64,000 bases of DNA, taken from positions 51,276,001 through 51,340,000 of the forward strand of contig CM052816.1 of NCBI GenBank assembly GCA_028534125.1. Reading direction: 5' to 3'. The DNA is from Lama glama (taxonomy: Eukaryota). Below are positions 52,311 through 64,000 of the stretch, in pieces; the stretch's first letter is position 1, and each line of letters begins with the position of its first letter. The notes under the pieces are model-generated. The model was not told where the DNA came from and searched no databases. It worked only from the letters and a program-made list of their open reading frames with translations. Both the position numbers and the translations under genes were made by a program.

Positions 52311-53619
52311 ATACTGCTAGTAAAGATGAATGTCCTAATATGAGCAACTATGAATATAAATTAATAGGATATGTCCCAATTAAAATTATCCATTTGCTTT
52401 TTTAAAAAGCACAGAGCATTGAGAGAATTTCAGTTGATAGATGTCTCCAACCTTAAACTATTATCTTAAAAACGCAAAGCTTTAATACGAAAATTAAAAT
52501 GCATTGCTTTACATTGGGTCCAATAATTTAGAAACATTTTTCTTGCATCAACAATACCACACTACGTGAACAAAATTTTTTTGAGATATTTGAGACATTT
52601 TGAGATATTTTTCAGTTTCACAATTCACCTGCCAAAACCAAAGAAACTATAAATAACTTCTATATACTTCCTATCATTGTATCACTCATGGCAAGGAATC
52701 GTTACTGGCAGTCTGTACACCATAGAGTACTTTGATGCAGAGTCTGTCATCAGTGCATTCTTAGCCTCAAACAGGGTTCCTCACTAGCAATAAGTATTTC
52801 AATAAAACAGTGAATTAATCACAAGAAGAGAGAAAGGAAGCTGTAAAAATTATGGAGCACCTATCACAAACCAGAAGCTATGTTTAGTTTAACCTCATAA
52901 TAACCACATGAGATAACCCATTTTATAGATGTGAAACTGAGACTAAGAGTAATGAACTATGAATCATTAAATCATTTTCATTTTTTGTTTTATTGGATTT
53001 CTCTGTTTCATTTGGACATGTTGATCACTTCTAAAGTTTGGTTCCCTTTAGCATCCATAAAACTGCAATCCCTTGATTCTCCTTCCAACTTCCTGACCAT
53101 CCTTTTTTTAACCCTCACAAGCTTCTGTTTGTCCATTACACTTTAAATGTCCGTGTTTCCCATAAGGCCTCATAGAAGTTGAGCCTCCTGCCCTTTTGTT
53201 TATTTTATTTTCTTGACACTGTAAAATGTTAAAAATTCCAAAATACAGTTATACAAACTGTATTATATTTAGTGTTTTCCTTTCATCTGTGAAGGCTTTT
53301 GTACGTACTCTGTTTACTCATATCTTATAGGCCACATCAAGATACAAGGATAGTTGGAAATGCAGTCTATAGCTAGCTAGCCAAGGGCTCAGTCAAACCT
53401 TGACAGAGTGGGATTGTTTTATTAAAAAGCAGAAGGGGGAAATGGGTACTGGGGAGAATAGCTGCCTCTGCTGCAGCTTGTAGTAGGCAGATCTCTACCA
53501 CTTTCTGGAAGGTCCTCGGGAAAAGATAAATTACATAAAGAGAGGAGATAATCTGATTGGATGGCAGAGATAAAAGCTTATATTGAATCTGTGTGTATAT
53601 AGCACTTACCTAAAAGAAT

Positions 53620-54345
53620 GAGAGGAAAAGTACAATAGTTGGCAAAACTTTAGAGATGGTAAAAAGATGGATGGTTGCCAGAATTTGCGGGAAGGAAGCA
53701 AAGGGGGCAGGATGAGTATGTGGAGCACAGGGCACTTTTAGGGCAATGGAACTATCATGTATCACACTGTAATGGTGGATATATGACAGGGTGCATTTGT
53801 CAAAACTCATAAAACTGTGCAACGCAAAGAATGAACCCTAGTGTAAACTATGAGCTTTAGTTAACAACCTATCAATAAGTTCAATATATGTTGACAGATA
53901 TACCATGTAACCATTAACACAAACTATAGAACATTTCCATCATCCCAAGAAGTGACCTAATACCCCTTGGCAGTTAATCACTTTCCTCACTCTCAGACCC
54001 TTAGAAACTACTCATTTACTCTAGACTTAGTCACTCTAGATTAGTCTTACCAATTCTAGAAAATGATACCATATAGTAGGTATGTGTCTGACTTCTTTTA
54101 CTCAGCATAATGTTTTTGATCATTAATATTGTTGTATTTATCAGTAATTAGTTCCTTTTTATTGCTGATTAATATTCCACCACATGGATATACTACAGTA
54201 TGTTTATCCATTCATCTGAGAAGAACATTTAGGTTATTTTCAACTTTTGGCTGTTTTAAATAAAGGCGCTATGAATAATCATGTGCAAGTATTTCTGTGG
54301 ACATATATTTTCATTTTTCTTAGGTAAATACTTAAGAGTAGACAT
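53620..54345. mobile_element. Two L1M 3' fragments in opposite orientations (+ to ~53880, then -)
   Basis: catttgtcaaaactcata...gaaccctagtgtaaactatg; then cttttactcagcataatgttttt...atttctgtggacatatattttcattt. Confidence 0.8.
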
Positions 54346-56309
54346 ACATTTTGGGATAACTATGGAAATACAAATCGTGTTCTATGATTATAATTCTATA
54401 TTGATCACATTCCTTAGCTTAGAGCTTGCCTTATTTGATTATTTTTGATAATTTTATTTAGAGAATTTTTTATTGCTAAACTTAACATTTTTGTATGGAA
54501 CTAAACATTTTTGGAAGTTACTAAAAGTTTCACTTGATTTTTAGTAGTAGTATTGTGTGTACTTACAGTATGTAAAGTTGGGGACTGTAGCATGAGACTC
54601 AAGGATTCAAATATTTGTATGGAAATAGCCATGGAGGATTGTCATTTTTTTAGTGACAGTCTGTAATTCTGTAACTATCTGTGTTTCCAAAGAAAATTTA
54701 TTTCTGAAGTTTACTAAATGTTAGTTATAAAAGTCTTGATGATAGCAAAGGATAAAGTTAATGTAGAATCACAGCAAGAAGGTGTTGTAGCTAACAATGA
54801 ATAGAGTGGGATTGCATACCTCTGCCTGTATTTTGAGGATCTTATTCTTGAGGGTCTAGTTGGTGCTATGAAGTATACAAACAGGAAATAATCCAATTTG
54901 AACTGTCTGAAAAAAGGTTGGAATATTTTAGTGAATTTTGATATTTAATCTTTGTTTTATAATATTCTTAGTTGTACATTTTTATCTTTTAAACATTTGA
55001 AGACTTTTGGGAATTATAATTTGTGTTTTAAATTTCCCAGGGAAATTCAGTATTCTAAAAGGATCACTCAGGCAGTGATCTGATGTTACCCAGGATACTT
55101 GTTTTATTCCACTGGAATAGGTTAGGAAGGCCCTATATGTTCTCTTATTTGGGGGGGGGGTGGTATGAAAAAAACTATGCGTATCAATAGAAATTCTAGC
55201 CGTATTCATTGTCTTTGAGCTATTTTGCTGCTTCTTTGTAAATTGTGGGTAATTGTTAGAGATGTAACTTCTGTCCTTCTGGTAGTGATTTTATTTGTCC
55301 CATCCTACCCATGAAAAAATCAGTGCTGTCCCATTTTGCCTGGTTCTCACATATATATGAGTAAAATGAGTTATTTAACATGTGCTCACTTTTATGTCTG
55401 TATGAAAGTCATGATTTTATCTTTTTCTGGAAATTATATTTTAATTGAAGCCTGGCAGTTTGTACCCAAGAACCCCATAAAAATAAATTCTCACTGTCCC
55501 AAATCTCACTGAAGTGTCCAGGACCTCTGAAGGAAAAGACACTCCAGGGTCTTTGGAGGCATAAGAGGACAGTTGCCTCGGGAAACCAAAATCTTGACCA
55601 AGATGGTGTGAGGCCCAAGAAGATAAATGAGAAAGTAGATCAATAGCAAATTATCTGTGATAAAAGAATGTGCAACACCTTTGGACTATCTGGGGAAAAA
55701 AAGTTCAACAGGATATTTGCAGTACCCAATTTCCAGAATCCATTGATTTGGAAAACAATGGAAAACATTGATTCGGAAAACAATGAGAATAGTAACTACA
55801 GAATTTCATAAACTCTTCAAAATTTTTAGTTCAAAATGACCTGTGCCTTCTGGGTCCCAGGTTAGATTACTTAGATCTATGTAGCAAGATGCCCTCGCCT
55901 GCTAGACTTTCCACTTACCTTTCAGCCAAGAAACTATGGGGATTGGGGGTAAGGAAATAAGATCAATGTACATATCTAGGATCTGCTTGCAAGGACTTGA
56001 ATGTCCTTGTTCAGTGATGACCTGTTTGCTTTAATGTTGTATGACTATGTTCACTGATAAGGAATTAATTCTGATTTTAGGATTCACTTGCATATTGATA
56101 CTGGTGTGTAATAATGATTTTTTGCATTAAATTAAGTTCAACCTGCAGCCCTAGAAGGCTTTGTGCAGATTTAATTCAGGAAGCTGCCCTAGATTCAGAC
56201 TAAATCACAAGTTGTTCCTGAGGCAGTAACTCCCCTTAGGCTGCCTCTTAAAATAAATAACAATAGGGTGTACTTGCCCAGCCCCTTTGTCTGCATTAGC
56301 TCTTTAGAG

Positions 56310-56500
56310 AGGCAGGAGACTTTGTGGAAGGGGCACCAATTTGGAGTCAAGAAGTCATAGAGCAAGCTTTATTTTCTGACATTTACTTGGTTTGTAAATT
56401 TTCTGCAGTCACTTACCCACTCTGAACCTCAGGATCTGTATTTCTATATAGTGGAATTATTAAGAATCCCAGCTTTGCAGGGCTGTGGAGAACAAAAAGA
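56310..56500 (+). mobile_element. MIR SINE
   Basis: tttggagtcaaga...agtcacttacccactctgaacctcag. Confidence 0.65.
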
Positions 56501-56816
56501 TGTACATTTTCAAATGTATGCAATTGATTCATAGAGGCAATGGAATAATACGATCACTAATATAATCATGTAATCTGTATTTTCTAACATGGGAAGATGG
56601 CTAAGTACAAAACAGTATGTTAACGTATGACTTCATTTATGGTCCTAAAGAAAAATGATTAAACATTATAACCAAAAATTAATAATGGATATCCCCAGGT
56701 AAGGGTATTAGGGATGACTTTTTGATATTTCAGATTTAAGAAAAAATGATATATTTTTGATGTGTTACTTTTTATAATAAAAATAAAGAATGCTATCACC
56801 AATTTTAAAAAATTAA

Positions 56817-56948
56817 GAGGGGAGGGTATATATAGCTCAGTGATAAGAGTGCATGCCCAGCATGCAGAAAGTCCTGGGTTCAATCCCCAGTACCTCCACC
56901 AGAAGTAATAAATAAATAAGATAAACCTAATTACCTCCCCCCAAAAAA
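56817..56948 (+). mobile_element. tRNA-derived camelid SINE (Vic-1-like)
   Basis: A and B boxes. Perfect 16-bp TSD aattttaaaaaattaa at 56801-56816 and 56949-56964. Confidence 0.88.
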
Positions 56949-57578
56949 AATTTTAAAAAATTAAAATTAATGTCTGTGATTTTAGATTTTAGGGGCAAAT
57001 TATTTATAAACTTAACTTTACTGAATATGTATTTGACACAAAGAAAGGAATGTTATCTGGATATAAATTATATCCTGTTGTTCTTAAAGGGAATAACAAT
57101 GGAGGTAAAGAGGTCAACTTCAAAGAGAGGAAAGCCAAAATGTGATGGCCAGCAAAGAATGATAATGGGACATTCCAAATGTGCAATTTCCTACCTTCTG
57201 CAGCCCAGGTTTGGCCATGGAGAATGTCCCTACATGATTCAGTCTTCCTCAGATTGAGAGACTGATAGTATAAGGATGTAGACATAGATAGTAGAAGGAT
57301 GTAAAGAGGCATTCTTATTCTGTATATACTCAAGGCATGCTTAACAGTGTGTTATGGAACATGAATGATGATAGGAAGGAGGAGGACACCATAAAAGCCG
57401 TCCAGTCCCATTGAAATGATTTGTTGTTAGAATACTAAATATGGAGTAAAACAGGCCACAGTTGAATAGTGTTGCTATATTTTTTATGTAATATTTGACT
57501 GTTTTGTATTATGATGCTTTCAATTATTTTTATTGTTTGGTGTATGTGATGAAGAGGAGGTGAAGTTTATTGCCTCAA

Positions 57579-57620
57579 GTATATATATGTGTGTGTATAT
57601 ATGTATATATATATATATAT
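57579..57620. repeat. (TA)/(TG) microsatellite
   Basis: Directly visible. Confidence 0.9.
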
Positions 57621-58159
57621 GCATTTGTCTCTAAAATTGGCTCTTAATACATATGCCAACACACTCCCTACTTGTAATAGATGTTCAGTCCAGTCAGAGG
57701 GGAAATGCTGGGATTTCTCCTGGCTGATGGGTCATGATGGCCTCGTGAGAATGGTCTTTAAGGTGATGTTAACAGCCAGTGGGTAAAGCACAGCACTTGA
57801 AAGGACAAATTAAGAGTTACAATGCCTTCCTAGATGCTTATGAATTTCACTAGTTTCAATAACACTGTTCAGCCAGAGGTTACTGGCTTGTGTGATGGTT
57901 GACCTGAAGACTCCTTCAGTCTGAAACTGCCTATGGCTCCAGACAAGCAGACTGGGTTGTGGGCAGTTGTATAGTGCTAGCGGATATCTGCTCAGAACAA
58001 GAACATCAACCCAGATGATAGGAGAACACTCCACGTATGAGCTATACCCTTGTCACATCACTGTTTAATTTCAATAAATGAAATGCCTCTGCCAAGTTGA
58101 ATGTGAATTATCTCATTTCTTCAGCTTTCAAAAATCTAACTGAAACAGTCTGGATTGGC

Positions 58160-60200
58160 ATATCCAAAAAGTGGTATCCAGTAGGCAGTTTGGTATATAA
58201 GTCCAGAGCTCATGGAAGGGGTCAGGCTGAAAATATATACAGTGGAGTTATCTCCTACACTTACTTAACATATTAACTCTACTACATGTGCTTGGCAAAA
58301 AAACAAAAACATATTTTTCTTATAACATGGCCCCTTAAATGCAAGCCAACAACTTCATCTGGTGTTCAACTCAAGAAACAACCTTCTGTTCCAATAGCAG
58401 GGGAAAACTGGCTGTGTAGGATTTCTTGATTGATAGAATATATATTCAAAATTATGTATACAGTATTTTAGAGGAGATTTTTTAGAGGTAATTTTAACTC
58501 TACTCTATTTTTGCCTTTCTCGCTGACTTTAAATCAGAAAAATCACTACCCTGTATTTGGGTGTCATTGATGTACAGGTGATAGTTGCAGCTATGGTCAC
58601 AGAAGGCACTACTCAAGGGAGGGTATATAAAGTGAGAAAAGAAGAGATGTGAGGGTGAAATCTCAAAGAACATCAATATTTTTAAAATAATTAGAAGGGC
58701 CCACAAGGATTCTAAGAGAATTAACAGGGGGACAGGAAAGATTAACGTAATAAAAAACCAAGACGGCTTCTCAAGAGTGATTCACAGTGTCAAAAATAAA
58801 GCAAAGAAATCAAGGGAGATAAATACTGAAAAATGAACACTGGATTTATAAATTAAGAAGACCCTGATCCCTTAGCAAAGTAATTTAGATGTTATGGTGG
58901 TAGTCTAAGTCAGTTTCTGATGGATTACAAAGTAGATGGGTCTTTAAAAAAATAAACAACAAAAAAAAGGAAGCAGCCAGGAAGTGGAGACTTCAAGCTT
59001 TTCTATGAAGAGAAGGAAAAGATAGGGTGGCAGGTAGCGGAGAATCAGAGCCAAGGGAAAGTGCTTTGGTATTTCACTTTTCAGGTGGGTGTGACTTGAT
59101 CAATCTATAGTCCAAAAACTAAAAGGAAAGGAGATAATTGAGGCAACAGGGCTTCTGAGGAGAAAGGAAGGGTTGAGTCCCAAATCTGCATTAACTGGAA
59201 GGAGGGCAAAGGAGAAAGATGTAGTGATAGGAATGGAAACAAAGCCTTTGTATTTGTGAGGAAAGAAGGGCTGTGGAGAATGGGGTGAGGAAAGTTCATT
59301 TCTGGGAGCTTCTACTTTGTGATTAGTTAACCATGCCAGTTTTTGAAAGTGAGGAGAAGGGCTAAAAAAAAAAAAAAACAAGTAAAAATTTGCAGTAGTC
59401 TTTAACAGAAATAAGAGAAACTGAGAAAGTGTATATAGGATTTGAGGGTATAGCTCAGACTGGATTCCTGTATTTGTGAAAGTACTAATTCATACATTTT
59501 GGGTGATTCTTTTTTTTTTAAGTACCACTCATCCTCCTTGGGTGAAGAAGTATAAAACATAGATGAGTGGATAAGTCCAGAATTACAGACTTGCAGGGTG
59601 TTGAAAAGAATTAAAAGGATAGGGTTAATTAAGGTTGCTAGTAGGAGAGTGATGAAAGTGAGACCCACAGGGTCTGAACTGTATGGTAAGGAAGTAATAC
59701 TAAGAGGAGGCCAAAAGAGCTGAGAAAAGGAGAGGAATCAAAGGGACTAAAATATCATGGTGTCAATAAGAGAGTAAGTTTGCAGAAATGGGAGAGGACT
59801 GACAGAATAGGAGCATATGTTTGGAGAGGAAGAGATTGATGTGTATCAGTTAGTTCCAGGTAAAGACAAGCCCAGGAGATCAGTCCAAGGTAGGTTGCTG
59901 TAGTAAAGTGAAGCCATAAGCACTGAATAGATCACAGAACTATGAAAGTATAGTCGCTGATGGGTCATTCATGAAGGCCTTGAAATTTTTGCAGTTTGAT
60001 TGGAGAGAAAGACAATGAACCTGGTACCAAAAACCTAGATGAATGTGGGGTATTAGGTGGAAAAAATGGTAATGAAGAGAGTAAGAAATGGTACAGATCT
60101 GGTGGTACAGAACCAACTCAAGAGAAATTGTGCTTAATGGGGAAGTAAAATGATCTAGAATAGGCATTTTGGAGGTAGGAGAATGCAAGCAATACTTCTA
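58160..60200 (-). mobile_element. Fragmented ancient L2
   Basis: Purine-rich L2 pattern (aagtccagagctcatggaag, aaatactgaaaaatgaacactggattt). Confidence 0.55.
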
Positions 60201-60271
60201 GGCTATAGGTAAAGGAGCCAGGTTAAAGTAAATTGGGGACCTCAAGGAGATCTGTGTTTCACACAAGTGAG

Positions 60272-60748
60272 TATTACCAGTCAGGGTGTTCCAGAGAAAC
60301 AACCAATAGGCTATATATAGATATGTAGAAAGATATTAATTATGAAGGATTGGTTCACATGATTATGGAGGCTGAGAAGCCCACTATATCCTATCTGCAA
60401 GCTGAAGGCTCAGGAAACCAGTAGTGTAGTTCCAGTGCAGATCTAAAGCTTGAGAACCAGGGAAGCCAATGGTGTAAATCCCAGTAGGAGTCCAAAGGGC
60501 CAAGAACCAGGAGGCGGATGCCAAGAAGATGAATGTCCCAGCTCAGGCAAAGAAAGCATATTTGCCCTTCCTCTACCTTTTTGTTTTATTGGGCACTCAA
60601 TGGATTGGATGATGCCCACCCACATTGGCAAGGATGATCTTCTTTACAGTCTATAGATTAAAATGCTAATCTCTTCCGAAAGCATATTTTGTCAGCAATA
60701 AGCATCTCTTAATCCAATCAAGTTCACACATAAAATTAACCATCACAG
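60272..60748. mobile_element. ERVL LTR (MLT2-like)
   Basis: agtcagggtgttccagagaaacaaccaatagg...gattatggaggctgagaag...acacataaaattaaccatcaca. Confidence 0.85.
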
Positions 60749-62409
60749 TAGGTCTACATCTTACTGCTCTCTCTGTGGAAAATGGAAACTGTTAAGTCTA
60801 TTAACATTTGTCCATTCTTTTCACAAATTTATCAAGAATCTAGTGTAAACCAGACACTGTGCTAGGTGTTGGGAGTACAATGAAGACAAGCACTGCCTCT
60901 GCCTTAATAGAGTTAAGTCTTTATTCAACAAGAACCCAGACAAATAAGCAGAAAAAAGCTTTTCAGCCTGAGCATGTTATGAGGCAGTGTGTAGATCTGT
61001 TGTTGGAGGAATATTAAAGGCTAAATCAACCAAAGCTTTTCCATGAAAAAAGATATGTACACAGTCTGGCAGGCATTGATATTGATAATGTTGATAAGCC
61101 TTCCTCTGTCTTTGAGAAAGTCACTGCTAGAGCTGTTTACTAAAGAGCAAACACTTGTTTACTGTATCTTTAGGGGTTATTTACATTACAACAAGGCGTA
61201 GAATCAATTGATATGGAAATCAGTTAAGAATGCTTTAATAGCAAAACAACAGCACAACTGTTTAATGTTATTCTAAAACCTAATACCTAAGCACCACATG
61301 AAAGTTAAATTTAAATATTACATGCTTGCAACGCGGAAGATTTCCTAGATGTTTTTAGAAACATTATAATGGATTGCTATTCTGAGTACTAAATAATAGC
61401 AGTAAAAAAAACTACAAATGAATTATGGGTAGATAATGTGTGACTTATATGTAAACTACATGTAAGATCATTATTCCTTTGACACTTGGCAAGCTTTACC
61501 TAGTAATAGTTTTTTCAATTACAATCATTAAATTTCAGGGAGAAACATCCAACAATTTTATTTTCTATTTTTAACATTCAACCTTCTCTGATCAGTTTTG
61601 AAAAAGTTTTCTTATATTGCCAAATCTACAAATACAATCAATGTATTAATTTTCTATAAAAATAGTATCGGGAAAACAAAATGTTAACTAACAATGTCAA
61701 GTTATCAGAGATAAACTTTCCATAAATAAATGTAATGAAATGGTAAGATATAAAATTGGAAGCCAAAAAGACATCACCAAAACTTTTAAAAATCAATTAT
61801 AACTTACGCTGTGAAAAAGGGGAGAAAATAAAAAGAAGAAAGAACATAAAGTAACAAAAGCTTTTCACAATACACCCATATTCCTAGAATACAAAATTGT
61901 TCAAGCCTCAAATCCTGAAGCCAACAGTTCCCTTTGCCTTCTCAGCACATCGTCACAACCTGCGGCTTGAACATAAGCTTTCAGGACTGAGTAAAGCCTG
62001 CGGGAGGCTTGCCACCTTGGGTTTCACTGAGGATAAGGCTCAGTGAACAAATACCAGGCTGAAACACAAGCTGACTTTTCCTTAGGAGGAGGGATATGGC
62101 TTAGGATGGGTTTAGGGATTTCAATCCTGTGTTTGCCTTCCCAGCCTGCATGTGATTGTGCCAGAGGCCCCCTACCTTCCTGCTGCACTGCAAATTTTTC
62201 ATTAGTATCAGCTGTCTTATAGAACTTGTGTATTCTAGAAAATGTTCATCAGTATTGCATAAAATAAATGTTCTTCTGTCTTATGTTAAATAGAATCAAA
62301 GCTGGTCCCACAGAAAACATCCTTGGTCAAGGAATAAAAAAATGATAGCCACTGGTCATTCAATAATTGCTTATTAAGCATAAAGCACTTTGAGGAAAGT
62401 AGTGTAATG

Positions 62410-62920
62410 ATGAAGTTCTTGGTCACAAGCAATAGAAACTGACTGGCTGATTTTAGCAGGAAAGGAATTTATTGGCAAAGTATCAAGTAGCTCATAGAAT
62501 CAACAGGAAGACTGAAGAGCCAGGCTGAAAAAGCAGGCAGGAACCACGGGCAATCAGACAGTAGGAACCATAACAGGGGTATATCCAAGTTTGGTTAGGA
62601 TACTGCTGCTGACCCCTCCACAGGGAAAGCTACTGCTAGACACCGTGCTGGAACCACTGGCTGCTGGGAACATATTTTAATCACCCTTATCCTTCAAAGG
62701 ATTCACTTCGGTTTCAAATTCCCCCGTCTGATTGGCCAAACCCAGGTTTCATGCTCCCTCACTGCTGGGGTTGGGAAGAAGGGATGTCTGGCTAATCGGG
62801 CTTTTGGAGAGGGAGTTGGAGCCATAATGCTCACCAAGACTCACATCATGGGGAATTTCCTTCAAATAGGGAGAGAGTTTAGATGTTCAATGGCCAGAGA
62901 AATGATGAATGTCCCCTTCA
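62410..62920 (-). mobile_element. Old MaLR LTR (MLT1-like)
   Basis: ttcttggtcacaagcaatagaaactgactggctga...aaaggaatttattgg. Confidence 0.6.
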
Positions 62921-63289
62921 GTCCATAACTTCGACCATCCAACATATGCTCTTTTCCCCATACTTCCTCAAAGAGATCCTATGGCCATCACTGCTGCAAC
63001 TTGTCAGTATGCTACGTTTTTTTAAGGGAGGAAGGGGATGATATGTCCTGTAATCTCATTATGTCATTCCTCCACCCTTAGTACCTCAAAAAATCAGTTT
63101 TGAGGTAATTTTAAGGTACATCTTCTATATAACCATTAATATGAGGGGGGGGTGATCATGAACTCATGTTCCTAGCAGCAAAAAGATCAATTTTTTAAAA
63201 GTGTGTTCTTTTTCTAAGATGATAAAGAATATAACTGATCCATAGTGGAAAGGCAAGCCTAAATCACGCAATAAAAAGAGTACAAGATA

Positions 63290-63810
63290 CTGGCACTAGA
63301 CCTGTGTTGGGATTGCAAAGACAAGTAAGATAGAGCCCTTGCCCCACAAGAGTTTAGAGTATGGTGGAATGACTCACTTCAATAGATGATTGGAGTATAT
63401 TGTGAGAAGTACTGTAAGAAATAGATGCAGAGTTTAGTGGAAGCATGTAGGAAGGACCCTGACCTCAAACTTGGGGGGCAGGGTGGAGGATGAGAATATG
63501 ATAACCTGAGCTGTCTTCTAAAGGATGAGTAGGGGTTAGCTTCTGTCTTGTAAGCGTATTTTATAATCAAGAGCAATAAGTCACTCAGACAGCAGTTATG
63601 TTGCATTTTTATTGAGAACAGTTAGAATAGCGCCCTTTAGTTCACCTATTATAACACTTACGCTGTATCGTAATCTCCCGTGCTCTTGTCTATCTTTCCA
63701 TCAACCTTTAAGCTCTGTGGTGATAGGGACCATGTCCATCCTGGTCATGGTTGTATTCTCGGCGTCTAGCACAGTACCTGGCACAGGGTGATACATGTTT
63801 GCTAAAGGAA
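63290..63810. mobile_element. L2 3' fragments (both orientations)
   Basis: gcccttgccccacaagagtttagagt (-); gggaccatgtc...tctagcacagtacctggcacag (+). Confidence 0.65.
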
Positions 63811-64000
63811 AGAACAACATCAAAACATTTTACATATGGACATAGAAATAATTGCTGGAGAAACAAATTTGACAATTAGTTAAAATACTGTTAAACTTCA
63901 GAGGCAGCTTGTATATAGCTTACTTTTAGTCAGTACTTATGTTGGTAAAGTCATAAAACTAGGGTTATACCTTTGATCTGTTGTAAACTATCCAAAGACT

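Noticed and set aside
1..64000. CRISPR array, operon or novel multi-gene system
   Set aside because: Mammalian intronic and intergenic DNA; no regularly spaced repeats, and only one supportable coding exon.

Overview
Mammalian genomic DNA, very probably a camelid (four tRNA-derived Vic-1-type SINEs and a young lineage-specific L1 3' end). The window holds the 5' end of the autophagy gene ATG10 on the minus strand: a CpG-island promoter (~50.7-51.7 kb), a non-coding exon 1 (donor at 50992), and coding exon 2 (37140-37259, [36 protein letters not shown]). Intron 2 runs off the left edge, and ~12 kb of upstream intergenic DNA lies on the right. Much of the rest is decayed interspersed repeat (L1, L2, MIR, MaLR/ERVL LTRs, hAT-Charlie, Tigger), and there is one 500-N assembly gap. 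Nearly all ORFs in the supplied track are spurious. I see no evidence of a new multi-gene system. The best leads are candidate regulatory modules (an RFX palindrome with POU sites; a CLEAR-like site beside a duplicated forkhead motif; an NKX/SOX/HOX13 cluster), a possible poison exon, and TSD-bounded young retroposon insertions. Repeat family names come from recalled consensus sequences, not a database search, and repeat boundaries are approximate unless TSDs are given.
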